Shown here: piece by piece, positions 52,234 to 53,289 of the stretch
Numbering within the stretch: the stretch's first letter is position 1
Layout of the letters: each line of letters begins with the position of its first letter
IMG/VR virus record: IMGVR_UViG_3300039004_000002
Location: 1-53,289 of that record
Length of the DNA stretch: 53,289 nucleotides
Origin: a virus
Taxonomy: Duplodnaviria; Caudoviricetes
Reading direction: 5' to 3' (one strand)
The notes under the pieces: generated by a model
Told to the model about the DNA's origin: nothing
The model's database searches: none
Seen by the model: the letters and a program-made list of their open reading frames with translations, nothing else
Made by a program: the position numbers and the translations under genes

Positions 52234-53289
52234 CTAACGCGAAATATCGAGGACGCGGAAACAGCGCCCATGATAGCCAAACAGTTCGACCGCCTTGTCT
52301 TTAGATACCTCCATGACATATCCGCTATCGAGCGCGGTCTTAAGTGTGTGGTCAAGTGCAAGCGCAGCCCCTAGCCTGTAATTCTGGAAACAACGAACCT
52401 GAGCTGTGCGTCGTTGCAAGAAGCTACGGGGCACAATACCGTCTGCGACCATACGTGGGTCAAGCCCATAGCTGGCAGGTATTTTACCTTTGATATAATC
52501 AGCCAGAATTGTTTGCAGTTTCTTGAAGCGTGAGGTGTCGTCGATCCCAATATCACCTCCCTGCACTTTCTCAAGCATTGACTTGGCATCGCTTTCAATT
52601 AAGCTGATCGCCCACTTTGTATGCTCGGCAGTCATTACAGGTGTGATATGGTTGTCCGAAGCTGCTAATACCCCTCCAACACGCACAGCCTTAAGGTGAG
52701 CCCTGTTCCAGATCTGTCGTATTGACTCATCCCCGCCGGCCTCACGAATGTTGTTATCACACACTTCGTTGAACGCATCTAGCATCTGCTGTGCTTCTTG
52801 GCTGAGTTGTATTTGAACTGAGTTTGGGCTGTGCTGGATGGACGCGGCGTGACTTGCAATGTGAGAAAGGACATCTGTGATCTGCTGTGGAACTTGTAAT
52901 AGTTGATTCTTATTCTCAGCTGGCCGCTCACCATGATATTCAACGATGTTAAAACGTGATAAGAAACCATCTTCCATCATGGTTTGTGTCAACGCATCAT
53001 AGAACGTCCCAGGTGTAGTTTCACCGATCATACTATATGCAACAGCATTGACAGAGTTGACATTCTGCTCCCTGTTAGAGTAACCTATACCGCCAGCAAC
53101 AGAAGCAGCACCAGACTTCTGATAGAGGTGTGTCATTACAGTGCGGAGCTGCTGCATTGGTCCGTCGCGTCTATCATCGGCCATACGCTGTAATTTGCGC
53201 CCCCACTCACCAGACACGTTCACAAACGAATTAGAGCTCTCCATTGCTTTCGTAAGTGCGGGGCCAGATGCACAGTGGAATCGGACACA
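52234..53289 (-). CDS. primase-helicase C-terminal part (DUF3987-like), truncated by window edge
   Basis: Frame open to 53289; ASGPAL, GETTP, DGFLSRF. Confidence 0.75.
   Translation of the reverse strand, partial: CVRFHCASGPALTKAMESSNSFVNVSGEWGRKLQRMADDRRDGPMQQLRTVMTHLYQKSGAASVAGGIGYSNREQNVNSVNAVAYSMIGETTPGTFYDALTQTMMEDGFLSRFNIVEYHGERPAENKNQLLQVPQQITDVLSHIASHAASIQHSPNSVQIQLSQEAQQMLDAFNEVCDNNIREAGGDESIRQIWNRAHLKAVRVGGVLAASDNHITPVMTAEHTKWAISLIESDAKSMLEKVQGGDIGIDDTSRFKKLQTILADYIKGKIPASYGLDPRMVADGIVPRSFLQRRTAQVRCFQNYRLGAALALDHTLKTALDSGYVMEVSKDKAVELFGYHGRCFRVLDISR

Noticed and set aside
1364-53193. Numerous antisense or alternate-frame ORFs in the track
   Set aside because: They are shadows of well-supported genes, without RBS or motifs
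53272-53289. Terminal codons (CVRFHC) as genuine primase sequence
   Set aside because: At the contig edge and not recognisable as part of the motif preceding ASGPAL; possibly an assembly artefact

Overview
Near-complete genome of a lytic-looking tailed dsDNA siphophage. Its layout resembles the YuA/NP1/VpKK5-type 7-deazaguanine phages; the host is probably a gammaproteobacterium (inference). The right edge cuts through the primase-helicase gene. The + strand carries an early/accessory region (0.3-10 kb: GGDEF protein, UvrD helicase, ~25 small genes, a gene-free structured 270-nt segment), then TerS, a lysis cassette (holin, GH108 endolysin, spanins), TerL, portal, head, neck, tail tube, frameshifted tail chaperone, tape measure and tail tip genes (10-32.8 kb). 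The - strand carries replication and DNA modification genes: PolB, beta-clamp-like protein, DpdA with PRTase-FolE, QueD, Gat-QueC and QueE (predicted archaeosine-modified DNA), SF2 helicase, J-domain protein, Cas4-like nuclease, SSB, Sak4-like ATPase, ligase, ThyX, RNase H and a MazG-like protein. No integrase, repressor, tRNA, CRISPR array or reverse transcriptase was seen. The most unusual signal is that several early genes carry isolated fragments of virion/packaging proteins: a Tat-exported tail-tip hub domain, a membrane-anchored tape-measure C-terminus, a terminase 'lid' peptide fused to DUF1289, and possibly a capsid A-domain. This suggests an undescribed set of structural-protein decoys. 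Also notable are a promoter-driven, potentially pseudoknotted ~260-nt ncRNA and recurring RUGG-loop hairpins in late-gene leaders. All family assignments come from motif recognition by eye; no database search was run.
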